Virus record (IMG/VR): IMGVR_UViG_3300010163_000016
Coordinates: 1 to 64,000 of that record
Direction: 5' to 3' (one strand)
Length of the DNA stretch: 64,000 bases
Source of the DNA: a virus
Lineage: Duplodnaviria; Caudoviricetes
Position numbers and translations under genes: made by a program
The notes under the pieces: model-generated
Told to the model about the DNA's origin: nothing
Databases searched by the model: none
Seen by the model: the letters and a program-made list of their open reading frames with translations, nothing else
In this document: piece by piece, positions 24,809-36,263 of the stretch
How positions within the stretch are numbered: the first letter of the stretch is position 1
Layout of the letters: each line of letters begins with the position of its first letter

Positions 24809-25741
24809 TTACTTTTCACCAATAATTTGCAGGTATGCGTCGTACAAAAGCATATTGTCCTTATGATTTCGCTTTGATTTTCCCAGGCAGAGGCGGACCT
24901 TGTCAGCGTTCTTCACAGCACGAACATCTACACCGGCCTGGTCCATTTGATGGAGACGATAGAAATTTCCGGATCGCTGGACGTTGGTATAATTGATAAC
25001 TTTGCTGTTTGGTAATTGCTCGTGGAGCTTGTCATTAAAAATTGTGATCCAGGCTCGCATGGATTTTGTAGAAATAGGCTGTCCTACTTTTTTGCTGTCC
25101 TTGTCTACCATGCGCTTGATAAAAAACCCCAAATCATCCGCATACACTGGATAAGTCTGGTTTTTCGTTCGCTCGGAAGTTTTTATGGTACTGTATTCCT
25201 GGAGCAATTTCCGAATGCAATCGGGCATATCTGGCGCTATGACAGAGCCATTTGCACTATAGATTTTCCCTGCCTTGACATCTACACACTCCGTCGGCAG
25301 GCGGATAGCGTCATCCAAATCTACACCAAGCCACGCCATACACAGAGCTGGTATAACTGACTGGGCAGTTTCCACATGATAAACAACGGCAATGTTCTGC
25401 AGAAGTTCCTCAGGGGTTTTGATGATCGTTGGCGCAAAGTATTTCGCGTACGGGAACATATTTACTTTATATTCCCGGATGTGATGGCCGGAGAGATTGT
25501 GCAGAATGCAGTACCAGTCGGCATAGGAAGCCACTAATCCCAATCTAGTGCGAACTACATCAGGCTCCATAAATCCAAGCAGTTCAAAAAATTGTTGCAG
25601 TTCGTTCACAGAAAAACATGCAAGGTCGTGGCAGACTGATTTCTCAATAGTCTCAGACGCTAGAAACAGTCCTATTACTCTGCTGACAACACTATTCGAG
25701 CATTCCGTTAGATACTTTTCCTTGATTTCCGCATTGAACAT
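24809..25741 (-). CDS. MrpR/YopR-like repressor with a tyrosine-recombinase fold
   Basis: MFNAEIKEKYL start, SAM-like N-domain, NVQRSGNFY in place of the HxxR motif; SPbeta-like context. Confidence 0.55.
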   Translation of the reverse strand: MFNAEIKEKYLTECSNSVVSRVIGLFLASETIEKSVCHDLACFSVNELQQFFELLGFMEPDVVRTRLGLVASYADWYCILHNLSGHHIREYKVNMFPYAKYFAPTIIKTPEELLQNIAVVYHVETAQSVIPALCMAWLGVDLDDAIRLPTECVDVKAGKIYSANGSVIAPDMPDCIRKLLQEYSTIKTSERTKNQTYPVYADDLGFFIKRMVDKDSKKVGQPISTKSMRAWITIFNDKLHEQLPNSKVINYTNVQRSGNFYRLHQMDQAGVDVRAVKNADKVRLCLGKSKRNHKDNMLLYDAYLQIIGEK

Positions 25742-25773
25742 AGAGCACCCCCGCTGATACATACTCTACGCCT

Positions 25774-25802
25774 ATTTTACTTTTTGCGGTTGCAAAAGTC
25801 AA
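25774..25802 (-). promoter_or_regulatory. Sigma-A promoter for the MrpR-like gene
   Basis: TTGACT-17-TAAAAT. Confidence 0.65.
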
Positions 25803-25872
25803 GTTTTGGCGTATGTATTTGCGGGAGGGCTAGTTAGTAGTATGAGCGGGGGGGCGATGTGCGGGCGCAGAA

Positions 25873-25904
25873 AACCCCGCTGTGTTATAGAGCACAGCGG
25901 GGTT
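25873..25904. terminator. Terminator after the YafQ-like toxin
   Basis: AACCCCGCTGTG / CACAGCGGGGTT. Confidence 0.6.
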
Positions 25905-25909
25905 ATTAC

Positions 25910-26188
25910 TCACTTTCCGAACAAATCTGCATGGGTGCCTGTTCTGGATGCAACCAAGATTAGTTTTTCGCCGTCGATTGCATAAATCAACAACCAATCA
26001 GGCAAGATGTGACATTCACGAAATCCGACATAATCCCCTGTTAGGGCATGATCCCTGTGTTTACCGGCAAGTTGCTTTCCTGAACAGAGATCGTCTAACA
26101 CAGATTGCAACAGAGCAAGATCATAACCGCGTTTCTTAATAAGCTTATAATCCTTGCGGAATCTTCCGGTTTCAACAAGAGTCAACAC
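25910..26188 (-). CDS. yafQ: YafQ/RelE-family mRNA interferase toxin
   Basis: HRDHALTGDYVGFRECHILPDWLLIY...RTGTHADLF. Confidence 0.9.
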   Translation of the reverse strand: MLTLVETGRFRKDYKLIKKRGYDLALLQSVLDDLCSGKQLAGKHRDHALTGDYVGFRECHILPDWLLIYAIDGEKLILVASRTGTHADLFGK

Positions 26189-26481
26189 GGTTCATCCTCC
26201 GTTTCTGCGTCCAATTCCGCAAAAAGCTCACTGGCAGAATGATACTGCTTCGCAGGTAATTTTCCACTCATGATTTGCCTTGCCTCTTGAATGGCGGCTT
26301 CTGTTTCTGCATTATAACGCGGATATTTAACATCAAACGGCAGACCGCCCTCCATCAAGGATTTTCGCAAAAAAATTGTAATGGCATCACTAATCGTAAT
26401 GCCAAAGCTCGCAAAAAGCTTTTCTGCACCGAGTTTCGTTTCTGCGTCAATGCGCACATTGATACTAGCAGATTTTGCCAT
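26182..26481 (-). CDS. dinJ: RelB/DinJ-family antitoxin
   Basis: INVRIDAETK...AITIFLRKSLMEGGLPF...YNAETEAAIQEA. Confidence 0.9.
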   Translation of the reverse strand: MAKSASINVRIDAETKLGAEKLFASFGITISDAITIFLRKSLMEGGLPFDVKYPRYNAETEAAIQEARQIMSGKLPAKQYHSASELFAELDAETEDEPC

Positions 26482-26514
26482 AGTGGTTCACCTCCCTTGT
26501 CTATGCTTTGTTAT

Positions 26515-26544
26515 AGTATATCACATTTGTAATGATATTGTCAA
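26515..26544 (-). promoter_or_regulatory. Promoter of the TA operon
   Basis: TTGACA-18-TATACT. Confidence 0.6.
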
Positions 26545-26596
26545 CACAACGCAAGACAAACAGATGATAATATGGGCTAAGGGTTCTCTCGTACCA

Positions 26597-27511
26597 TTAC
26601 GCTACGGTTTCCTCGCTGGCGGGCTCCTCAGCTATCACGGTCACTTCCCCGCCTTCGGCGGTCTCAATATATTCCTGAGGCTGGGTGCCACCCACTGTCG
26701 GATTCTGCTGGCCGGACTTGTCCTTTTCCTGGGTGTTCTGGAACGCATATGCCAAGGAGTGCCGCCGGGTGTAGATCGCGCGGAACAGGAATTCCTCCAT
26801 GCTGGCGGCGTTGCGGACGGCGAACTGTCCCGCCTCATCGGTAGTGGACTTCTTCGCAGAGATGAGCGCAGATGCAAAATACCGCACATCGGGTTTCAGC
26901 ATTTTTGGGGCCACCTCGTCAGGGAGAATAGCCGTAACAACTTCATTTAGCAGGGCTACCAGTTTCGTCATGGACACACTGCCTCCACGGTCAGGCTGCC
27001 AGATGGCACCCATCTTCTTCCGCTGTTCTAAAAGCTTCGCAGACATGGCATTACGGACCACGTACTGACGCCCGGCAGCATCCGCACGGTTCACCACTAC
27101 GTACTCGCAGAAAACGCGAAGCATCGTAGCCCAATTTTCCATACGGGCCAGATGCCCATTAGAATCGGAGGCATCATGAAACGCCTTATCCATGGCGGCA
27201 AAGCTCACGCGCTTTGTAGCAGCGTTCTCGTCATCCGGGGTCCGCAGGGAATATTTACCGGTTTCTTTGTCCTGGTCCAGCCTGTACACTAGAACAAACT
27301 GATGATCGATGTATTCCGGCCACATAGCGGCGGGATCCATGTTTAACAGCTCCTCAATACGCTCCTGCGAGATCTGATCGTTGACCGCTTCTACAGCCTT
27401 CTTTACGTTCTCCAGTTCAACGCTGGAATCAGCTCCCGCCTTAACGGCGGCGTTCAGTACCTTTACGGCCTCCTGCATGGTTAACACTTTCTTCTCCATA
27501 ACGCTACTCAT
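26597..27511 (-). CDS. First gene of the leftward arm, unknown function
   Basis: About 304 aa, GGAGGT RBS, downstream of tandem promoters. Confidence 0.75.
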   Translation of the reverse strand: MSSVMEKKVLTMQEAVKVLNAAVKAGADSSVELENVKKAVEAVNDQISQERIEELLNMDPAAMWPEYIDHQFVLVYRLDQDKETGKYSLRTPDDENAATKRVSFAAMDKAFHDASDSNGHLARMENWATMLRVFCEYVVVNRADAAGRQYVVRNAMSAKLLEQRKKMGAIWQPDRGGSVSMTKLVALLNEVVTAILPDEVAPKMLKPDVRYFASALISAKKSTTDEAGQFAVRNAASMEEFLFRAIYTRRHSLAYAFQNTQEKDKSGQQNPTVGGTQPQEYIETAEGGEVTVIAEEPASEETVA

Positions 27512-28192
27512 AATAGTTACCTCCAAATTCTCAAAAATATTTTTTTGTGGTTATACGCTCAAGCGGACGCACTTTCCGGGTGGAAAATGCGCCCTATCAG
27601 CGTATAACGTGCCGTATCTCATAACTACGGCACGTTTGTTAACATTATGTTTTGTGTGCAGTGTTCGCGCATCATGCACAATTCACCGCACCTTACCCCG
27701 CCGAACCGTCTAAATTCGGCTGATAAGTCAGCCGTGCAGTCGTGGCAATCAGTCCCGCATTTACGGCTTGACGCTCTTGCACGTGGGCCACTTGTTTTCC
27801 GGCAGGTATCACCCTACCCCGGGGCGGCGGCATCCGCCCGGCTTGCTACTTTCAGCGGTTCAGATTTACAGGTTGTAAGGCTGTAAACTTCCCCTAAATG
27901 CGCCGCTAGGGTATGTGTAGCTTGCGCCACTACACGCCAGCCCCGAACGCAAGTTATAAATCACGCTTTACCAGGCCCGCACCAAATCCGACGTTACTAG
28001 ATTTCACGCCCCTATACCTTGCGGTATAGGCCCCGTAACGGGTGGCAGGTGTTCCTGGCACTACATGGACTTGTCAAGGTGCGCACCGCCTGACCGGTTA
28101 TCAAGCGGGCCTGTAATTTACGCCCTACAGGTAAGGCACGGTGCTGACTGCTACAGCTTGCGCCGTAGCCGCTAGGGTTGCTGTCAGTCCTG

Positions 28193-28448
28193 TGATACGG
28201 ATTTTACTACTTGTACTCTTGACACTCGCCGCCGTGGGCCACGCTCTCGCTGCCCGTGTTCGGCGGCTCCTGTCTGGTACTGTAACAATACTATCACGGA
28301 TTTTACCACTTGTCAACCCTAAATTTCGGCCTTTGAAGTTTTGGCGTCCCGCCTCTCCCGTCTCCCGGTGAGCGGTGCCCGCCTCTGTCCGCGGCCTCTT
28401 TGTTTGGTACGGTCATAGGATATCACGGATTTTACCACTTGTCAACCC
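28193..28448 (-). promoter_or_regulatory. Tandem repeated leftward sigma-A promoters
   Basis: Identical 28-mers at 28292-28319 and 28421-28448 giving TTGACA-17-TAGTAT and TTGACA-17-TATCCT; degenerate third copy at 28197-28214. Confidence 0.75.
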
Positions 28449-29081
28449 CCATTTTCAATTTTTTTTGAAATTTTTTTGAAATTTTTTTCGTGTGTCCGTT
28501 TTTGGGCATTATAATGTATAGGGGGATGTTTGATCTGTTTGGGTGTATTGTTTTCTGGTTTTTTAACGATGTTTCTGATGTTTTGATGTTTTAGTTTTAC
28601 TGTATTTCTTGTTCTATATTCCAGTTTTGCTGTATTAGGTCTACATGTGTAGACCGACTATACTATATATCACATAGTATCATCAGATGAGGTAGTCTAT
28701 GTGGTATACTATCATTTAACCACATTGGGTAATGGGGGGTATTTTAGACTTATTAGTACATAATTCCATTGATTTTCCGCCTAGTTGTCATATTTCTTCA
28801 TTCAGAAAAGCAAAAATTTGAGATGCTACAAAACGACCCCCTATTTGATTGTATATCTTATTTTGGAACCTTCTCAGCATACCGAAAACTAACCTTTCCA
28901 TCCACAAATCGTTAGAGGATCAAGCAGCATCGAACCGCACTTATTTAATGCCGCAATCTGGAGAGTATTTTAATATAAAGATAATCTTACAAATTGAAGA
29001 ATTCTTGTATATTTTCGATTGAAACATCTGCATTTTTAATCTGTTTTATTAGATTATTCTAATATTTTTTGGTATTTTGTC

Positions 29082-29110
29082 TTGACAAATTGCAGCATTT
29101 GTGTTATCAT
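29082..29110 (+). promoter_or_regulatory. Rightward sigma-A promoter
   Basis: TTGACA-17-TATCAT with an AT-rich upstream tract. Confidence 0.7.
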
Positions 29111-29165
29111 ATATTTGAGAAAAAGGTTAGAGAGCAGGGACACGGCAGCCAAAGGAGGGTAGCCC

Positions 29166-29936
29166 ATGTCCGTGATCCAGCTCCAGCAATTTATACAGCC
29201 AGTTCCCCATCAATTCAGGAGACCACGCAACATCACAATAGTCAATTCCATATTCAATGACACGACCCCGGAACCCAAGAGGCACCCGGCTGATCCGCTG
29301 AAGGATAGTAACGATATCAAGCGGATATGCGATTTTCTGGTAGAGCATCAACGCTACCGTGATAATCTGCTGTTTACAGCTGGCGTCAATCTTGGTTTTC
29401 GGTGCGGCGACCTGCTTCAGCTCAAGTGGGGTCATCTGCTTTACCCAGATGGCAGCTACAGAGCTTCGGTCACACTGCAGGAGCAGAAGACCAGCAAATG
29501 CAGAACCGCCTACTATTGCCAAGCGATATGGGATGCAGCCGATCTTTACCTTGAGAGGCTGGAGCGAGACTATGGTGGCGTGGACCTGAATTCTTTTGTT
29601 TTTAAGGGGGAATCGAACCGTAATAACAGTGACAAGCCGCTGACCGTTTACTCAGTGGAACGCATCCTGAAGTCCGTTATTAACGACGAACTCCACATCG
29701 ACATCAACGCCAGCACCCACTGCCTGAGAAAGACATTCGGCTACCATGTCGTAATGACTGCCCGCGACCGCACCCGTGCTGTGGAGCTGCTTCAGAAAAT
29801 CTTCGGACACTCCTCCCCTTCCATCACGCTTGCCTATATCGGCATCACCAACGAAGAAATCCGGAGTGTCTATGAGAATCTGAACCTTGGATTGCTGAAC
29901 CCGGCACAGTGCTGCGGCGTGGAGATGGCTGGTTGA
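29166..29936 (+). CDS. Tyrosine recombinase, short catalytic-domain type
   Basis: GFRCGDLL, THCLRKTFG, FGHSSPSITLAY. Confidence 0.9.
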   Translation: MSVIQLQQFIQPVPHQFRRPRNITIVNSIFNDTTPEPKRHPADPLKDSNDIKRICDFLVEHQRYRDNLLFTAGVNLGFRCGDLLQLKWGHLLYPDGSYRASVTLQEQKTSKCRTAYYCQAIWDAADLYLERLERDYGGVDLNSFVFKGESNRNNSDKPLTVYSVERILKSVINDELHIDINASTHCLRKTFGYHVVMTARDRTRAVELLQKIFGHSSPSITLAYIGITNEEIRSVYENLNLGLLNPAQCCGVEMAG

Positions 29937-30611
29937 GGAGGGCACGTTTGGAGATAGAAGTCAACAGAAAAAAGAAAGAACCGGCGCCAGCCTCCGACTA
30001 GATGTGCGGTGACGGGAGAAGGGCCAGCTACGTCCTCCTCCCTACCGCAGAATCTGCCGAGAAGAAACATCCCTCCCAAGGAACATGACGGTCTGCTCCT
30101 GCACCAATAAAAATGGAGGTGTACAAGTAAGCGAAGCGCCTGCGGCGAGCCTGCCTGTAGACAAAGATGGATGTAGGGGTGCTGGTCGGCAGCTGGTCCC
30201 GCATGAACCTTCCTCCCTGCTGAACGGCAGGCGAGCTATGATATATGTGGGAAGAACTATGATGGAGCGGTCCTTGAGACTGGGCGCCCTGCTGGACGGG
30301 CACGCGCACCTTGAAAAATGAATATTGTATTCCACAAAGTCCCCAAGCAAATCACAGCGACGGTGAAGAGGCTATGAGATCAAGAGAAGCCTCCAATGAT
30401 ATGCGTCACTAACCGCCGGCCATCCGCCCTGCGGACGGGTTCGTCAGTTAGTGAACGATATCAGAACAATGTTTGCTTCTTTTCTAAAGGAACGTCAGTC
30501 AATCCCTTGCGCCCCAAGGGTTTGCGCTTACGTTTGTGACCTCGATGGTCACAAATCCATTTTTCGGCCCCATTTTAGCTCCTCGTCGCCAAATTTTCAG
30601 AAAGGAACTGA

Positions 30612-30935
30612 ATGAGAAAAGCAACACAAACAAACGAATATATCTCTGGGCTCGGACTGGCCCATGCCGGAGGCTACTTCAGCGAGGCACATTACCGCGC
30701 TATGCTTCGCAACATGGCCCCTGGCTGTGACGTAGAAGCCAGCTCTACAAAGCAGGGCGGCACCATCACCCGCATCATCCGAAACATCTATGGCGCTCCT
30801 GTGTGCGTCCAGGTAGCGACCGGAGAAGGGCATAAACAGATCGACTTCATATCTGTGGATCGCATCGACTGTTTCGAGCCGACCCGTGAGTGCGCCGGTT
30901 ATTACGACGACCTGGCCGCCGGGATGTATGATTAG
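30612..30935 (+). CDS. Hypothetical protein (start uncertain)
   Basis: ORF immediately before the helicase-like gene. Confidence 0.4.
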   Translation: MRKATQTNEYISGLGLAHAGGYFSEAHYRAMLRNMAPGCDVEASSTKQGGTITRIIRNIYGAPVCVQVATGEGHKQIDFISVDRIDCFEPTRECAGYYDDLAAGMYD

Positions 30936-30946
30936 GGGGTGGCGCT

Positions 30947-32239
30947 TTGATCCATGTCTGCGACGCTATTATGGGCAGCGGCAAGACCCAGGCAGCCATG
31001 GCGTTCATGAACGCACACCCTCGTCAAAAGTTCATTTATATTTCCCCCTACAAGACGGATGGCCCCAACGTGGCGGCCGCCTGCCCTTCCCTACACTTTG
31101 CGCTTCCCGCCAACATCCCTGCTTATAGCTTCTCCAAGACAGAGCACTGCCGAAAGCTGCTGGAACGGGGAAAGAATATTGCCTGTACGCACGAACTGTT
31201 CAAAAGATATAACCGTGATGTCCTTGACATCATTCGGGAGCAAGGGTACACACTTATCATAGACGAAGAAGTCTCCGTCCTGGAGGAATGCGATCTGCAT
31301 CCAGACGACTTGGAGCTTTTGAAAGCGGGCGGGTATGTCACAGACGCCCCCGGGGGCTGCATTCAACCTACAGAGCGCCGGTATTACGGGAACGCCTTCA
31401 AGGAGTTATTCCGGGTCATGGAAAGCCGTAGTCTGAACCGCTGCGGTGAGGATAGCGAGGAAAAATATTTTTACTGGCAGCTCCCTCCCGATCTGCTGCT
31501 TGCGTTCGAAGACGTCTATATCCTGACTTTTATGTTTTATTGCCAGGACATCAGATATATGCTCGACATTGGCGGGATCACATATCAGCACATCTATATT
31601 CGCCGGACAGGCGGCGGCAGGTATGCCTTCTCAGACGCTCCGAGCTATCTGCCGCCCTATGTGGCCCATCTCAGCGAAATGATCGACATTTACGAGGGCG
31701 AAAACCTTAACGCCGTTGGACGCCCACAGTTCCCGAGGGAATGTCCACTCTCCATGAATTGGTTTTCCAGTAAATCGGACCGTGCGGACGAGCTGCGAAA
31801 AAACCTGATCAATTACTTTGCCCATTACACAGATGGCGCTGACAGCAGCCGGAAAATGTGGGGAACATATACCGATGGGCCGCGCAATCTTCTGAGCAGA
31901 AAAGGCTACGCCGGAGGCTTCGTGACCTTCAATATGAGAGGCAGTAACGAGTATCGAAATCGGGATTGGCTGGCCTACTGTGTCAATATTTACATGTCTC
32001 CCCGCATCGTGACCTATTACAGCCGGTTTGGTATCGAGCCAAACGGAGACGCTCGGGCTTTGTCCACGATGATACAGTGGATTTGGCGCAGTGCCATCAG
32101 AGACGGCCAAAAGATACACATCTACATTCCCAGCGAGAGAATGCGCGGACTCCTCAAGGCATGGATAGCCGAGATGGAGTCTATGGCTCGCTCTGGCTCC
32201 TGGTGCAAGACGGAGGCGTTAGAGAATATAGCCTCTTAA
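30947..32239 (+). CDS. SF2 (DExx) helicase-like protein
   Basis: DAIMGSGKT Walker A, IIDEE Walker B, IQWIWRSAIR motif VI-like. Confidence 0.75.
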   Translation: MIHVCDAIMGSGKTQAAMAFMNAHPRQKFIYISPYKTDGPNVAAACPSLHFALPANIPAYSFSKTEHCRKLLERGKNIACTHELFKRYNRDVLDIIREQGYTLIIDEEVSVLEECDLHPDDLELLKAGGYVTDAPGGCIQPTERRYYGNAFKELFRVMESRSLNRCGEDSEEKYFYWQLPPDLLLAFEDVYILTFMFYCQDIRYMLDIGGITYQHIYIRRTGGGRYAFSDAPSYLPPYVAHLSEMIDIYEGENLNAVGRPQFPRECPLSMNWFSSKSDRADELRKNLINYFAHYTDGADSSRKMWGTYTDGPRNLLSRKGYAGGFVTFNMRGSNEYRNRDWLAYCVNIYMSPRIVTYYSRFGIEPNGDARALSTMIQWIWRSAIRDGQKIHIYIPSERMRGLLKAWIAEMESMARSGSWCKTEALENIAS

Positions 32240-32391
32240 TCTCCCTTTATCGCGCTATTCCCAATGGTTTACATACATCATGTCATCGAACAAAAATGAT
32301 CCTTTCTACCCGCCGGTGGGACGGCGGGCAGCACAGCCTTGCGGAGCGCGGGCGGCCATTGGCATCAACTATGAAAGGATCACCATACATA

Positions 32392-32607
32392 ATGACCAAC
32401 ATCCCTTATATCTGCTGCGCCGACTGCATCTGGCGCGGCAAGTGTCCTGAACAGGACGCCGTCGGCGATCTGGACCAGTTCACCCTCACCGGAGTGATCT
32501 GTGACGATTATTCCCCGGCGGACGAGAGAGACCGCACAGACGACTACGAACAGGATTTAAAGGAAAGAGCGGCAGCCTACGACCCACTCCTGCGGGAGTT
32601 CCAGTGA
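32392..32607 (+). CDS. Small Cys-rich protein
   Basis: GAAAGG RBS; CCADCIWRGKC. Confidence 0.5.
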   Translation: MTNIPYICCADCIWRGKCPEQDAVGDLDQFTLTGVICDDYSPADERDRTDDYEQDLKERAAAYDPLLREFQ

Positions 32608-32625
32608 ATCTGGCTGGGAGAGGGG

Positions 32626-35600
32626 GTGCGAGGTATAGCTCTTTCCAGGCTCTATCCCATCTACAGCTTGCAGACCTCCGCGTTCTACACAGACGAGGAG
32701 GCTGAAATCGACCGTCAGCTCTGCGCCCTCCGCGTGAGGGCCAATCAGGGCAAAAAGTCCGGCGCAAGGAAAAAGAGCCGGCAGCAGCGGGAAAATGAGA
32801 AGCTCCCCCCGCTGACGAAAGCGGAGCGAAAGGAAAATATCCAACAAATCAAGACTGCAAAGGAGCGCCTGAAACAGAAGCTCCTTGAAAATATGAGTAT
32901 CACCAGAACGGTGCGCCCAGAGTTCCTGGCCGACCGGAATATCATCTGCATCTTTGACTCCGACCTGACGCGCTCTCTGGGCCTGCGGGAGGATGCCTTG
33001 AACGACGCCATCATTATCGTCAAGGTCTATTATTACGAGGTGGCCGAGAGCATCATCAAGAACGGATTTTACATGAATGGAGAGAAGTACGTCTTCTTCT
33101 CCGCCAGCGCCGGCCAGATCCGCACCAAGAAGTTTGTGGCCGTGAAGGAAACCGCTATCGCCCAGTGCATGGACAAGCTGACCTGCGGGCTGTCCCTGGA
33201 GCGGATCAACCGCCAGGGCGGCGTCAATGTGAACAAATATCTGGCCTATCTGGCCCTGTGCAACAGCGCAACCGACCTGTGGGAAGATTTTGACATCGAC
33301 CGCTGTATCGTGGTGGAGGATTTTGAAACGCAGGTCCCGGCTATGGTGGACCACATCACAGTGGAGGACGGCGCCATTGCCCGACGCCGGATGGATGTGC
33401 CAGTCACCCACACCGACGGCTGCGGCATGGTCCTCCCCTCCGTCTCCGCTAAAAATTTCATGGTGCGTCTGCCCTGGATCAAAGGGCTGCTGGCCGCCTT
33501 CCCCTTCGATAAGTTCATCCGGGAGGCCAACCGCCGGGACAGCACCGTGAATCACGGCCTCATCACCGACATCTACGGCGTGGAGCATGACGTACTAGCG
33601 GAGGATATCCGCATCATCTTCACCCGCTCCCAATTCAAACTGGCGGGCCACTACGGTTCCTGGGATGAGTACAAGGCAAATTTCAAGCAATTTGGCTGCT
33701 CTGCCGGGAAATGCAATGTGGAGGAGAGCTACATTCCCAACGCTCAATTCAACTATCAAATGCTACAGACTTTGAGCGATATGACAAGCGATGAATTGGA
33801 GGAATTGGCTTCCAAGACCAATGAGAAGATCCGGCGGCTCAGTTCGGACCGCGGGACGATGCTCCAGGTCTTTGGCGCGGCCAGGTTTGACCGGCGGGAG
33901 GAGCCCTTCCAGGAGTGCCTGCACATCTACCCGGAGCTTCTCCAGGACGCCTACTGTGTGGAGTCCCTGCGCTCCATCAAAAACAAGCTGGTCAAGGAGG
34001 GGCGGGGCGGCAGGCTGGACATCCGCGGGAAATACCTCTTTTTGATCCCTGACCTCTATGCCGCCTGCGAGCACTGGTTCCTGGGTGTTGAAACGCCCAG
34101 GGGGCTGCTGGCCGACGGCGAGGTCTATTGCCGCTCCTTCCCTGCCGACAAAAAGCTGGACTGCCTGCGCAGCCCCCATCTCTATCGGGAGCACGCTGTC
34201 CGCCGAAATGTGTTTGGAGAGGATGACGAGCGAAAGCGGTGGTTTGCCACCGACGGCATCTATACCAGCAGCTGGGATGTGATTTCGAAGATTTTACAGT
34301 AAACTATCTTGCTGTACCGGCTCGAAAGGGTCGGATATAAAACTCCGTGAACCCGTAATTGCGGGGTGTCTGCCCTATTAGCAGGCTAACGGTGAAGGCT
34401 TCATTGATAATACCGTGCTAAGATCAAACACGAGGTAAATCTAATTAGGAGGATTTACTGCAATCGAAGAATTTAAAGAAATAAATTACCAGGGCATCCA
34501 TTACAGAGTAGGAAACGAAGGTACCATATACAGAAATGGAAATCCAGCAAAAATCATTGTATCACCAGATGGTTATCACAAAGTATCTACCAAAACCAGC
34601 AATATCGGAGTGCATAGATTGGTAGCTATGTGTTGGGTAGAAAATGATGACCCTGGTACTAAAACCGAAGTAAACCATAAGGACTATTGCCGAACCAATA
34701 ATCGTGCCAGTAATTTGGAATGGCTGTCTCATGCGGACAATATTCGGTATTCAGCTGGCAGGAAAAATATCCGTGGAGAAAGAAACCCGAATTATGGTAA
34801 TAAAGCTTTGAGCAGGTTTTACCGCGATCACCATGATGTTGCAATCATAAAGCAGGGACGCCCAGGACTTCAAAATGGGCGATGCAGATCAATATCGGTA
34901 TATAAGGACGGTTGTTTACTTCACACATTTGATATGGTGATTGATTGCTGCCGCTATCTCCAAAAAGAATATGGAGTGTCTGCAAATCTGATATCCATTC
35001 GATGTCAGATTGACAGAAGCATCAGAGATGGAAAACCATATAAAGGGCTTACCTTTCAAAAATAAGTACTTTGTGTTTGATAAAAGTGTAACGACTATCG
35101 AACGGATAGCCGGCTGGGCTTCGGGTCAGCCGGTGAGGAACCAAGTAGAGTAGCTGTTGGGTGAAACTCCCGGCAGCGAAGCGCGGAGCACCTAAGTCCG
35201 AGAGGATATGGTGAAGAGATAGTCTGCCTCCGCTCCGGCGGAGACGTTGATAATGACGGAGACAAGTCGCTGGTGTGCGCGGAGCCGGTGGTCATCGAGG
35301 CTGCTGAGCGCAACTGCAAGGATGTTGTTCCCCTGTACTATGAGATGAAAAAAGCCCCCGCCCATGTCCTTGACGCTGATCTGATGTGGCGGGGGATGAA
35401 AAACGCCTACGACGGCGGTAAGATCGGCCCCATCAGCAACAGCATTTCCAAGATATGGAACAGCGCCTCACCGGATCTGGACGCTGTCAAGCTGCTGTGT
35501 GCCCAGAATAATTTCGTAATCGACTACGCGAAGACGTTATATATGCCTGACTGGCCGGAAGAGGCGGCGCTGCGGATGCAGCGGGCTTCCTCCGGCAAGG

Positions 35601-36244
35601 TCCCCCACTTCTTTATTTACGCCAAAGACAAGACCTCCCGACAGGTGGAACCGGCCAACAGCTCCGTGGTGAACCGGCTGGAAAAGATCGTCCGCTCCCC
35701 CAACCTGCGCTTTGAGAAGAGGGCTTTGGGCAAGTTCGACTACCGGATGCTCATGCACGATCCAAATACACAGATCACCGAGGGGGACACGCCGGTCATC
35801 GAGGCATTCAACGGCTTGTCCGCCACATGCGGGAACCGCCTGTCCGAAAGCGAGAGCGGCAGGAACAGCCAGGGCCATGTGTTCCGCCAGATCCGGGAGG
35901 CTGTGCTGGAACTGGACGGCGACATCTCCCATGTGACGGACCTGTTGGTGCTCCAGCTTTTCAGCATCCAGAACAGCAAGCGAAAACGGGTGTTCTGGGG
36001 CTGCTTCGGAGATATCGTATTGGAGAACCTGCGCAGGAACATCGACCAAAACGCCATCCTGTGCGAGTGCTGCGGCCGGAGACTTCTCCCCACCACAAAC
36101 CGCCAGCGGATGTGCTCAAACTGCGCAGAAAAGCAGGAGAGGGCGCTGACCCGGGATCGGGTGCGGCGTTATCGGGAGCGGCGGAAAAATGTGACAAAGG
36201 GCGGTGAAAGTCTCCTGAAAAATGTGACGGCAGAAGCCGGATGA
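32626..36244 (+). CDS. YonO-like single-subunit RNA polymerase, two exons (32626-34300 and 35247-36244, about 890 aa)
   Basis: SAGQIR, TDGCG, VRLPWIKG, RSPH motifs; splicing rebuilds ILQ-FDNDGD catalytic motif. Confidence 0.85.
34301..35246 (+). mobile_element. Group I intron in the RNA polymerase gene (946 nt)
   Basis: P1 UACAGU/GCUGUA with U-G wobble; R-like AACGACUA and S-like AAGAGAUAGUCU; terminal G; joined frame restored. Confidence 0.9.
34463..35065 (+). CDS. Intron-encoded HNH homing endonuclease
   Basis: VHRLVA...EVNHKDYCRTNNRASNLEW; open frame extends to an ATC codon 8-9 nt after AGGAGG. Confidence 0.8.
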   Translation: MEEFKEINYQGIHYRVGNEGTIYRNGNPAKIIVSPDGYHKVSTKTSNIGVHRLVAMCWVENDDPGTKTEVNHKDYCRTNNRASNLEWLSHADNIRYSAGRKNIRGERNPNYGNKALSRFYRDHHDVAIIKQGRPGLQNGRCRSISVYKDGCLLHTFDMVIDCCRYLQKEYGVSANLISIRCQIDRSIRDGKPYKGLTFQK

Positions 36245-36263
36245 AAATAGTGTAACGGTTTGA

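Noticed and set aside
28401-28412. TTTGGTAC match to the ncRNA unit 2 arm
   Set aside because: An 8-nt match is expected by chance and there is no accompanying msr structure
28193-28448. Repeats as a CRISPR array
   Set aside because: Only two exact copies 129 nt apart, each a consensus promoter; no cas genes
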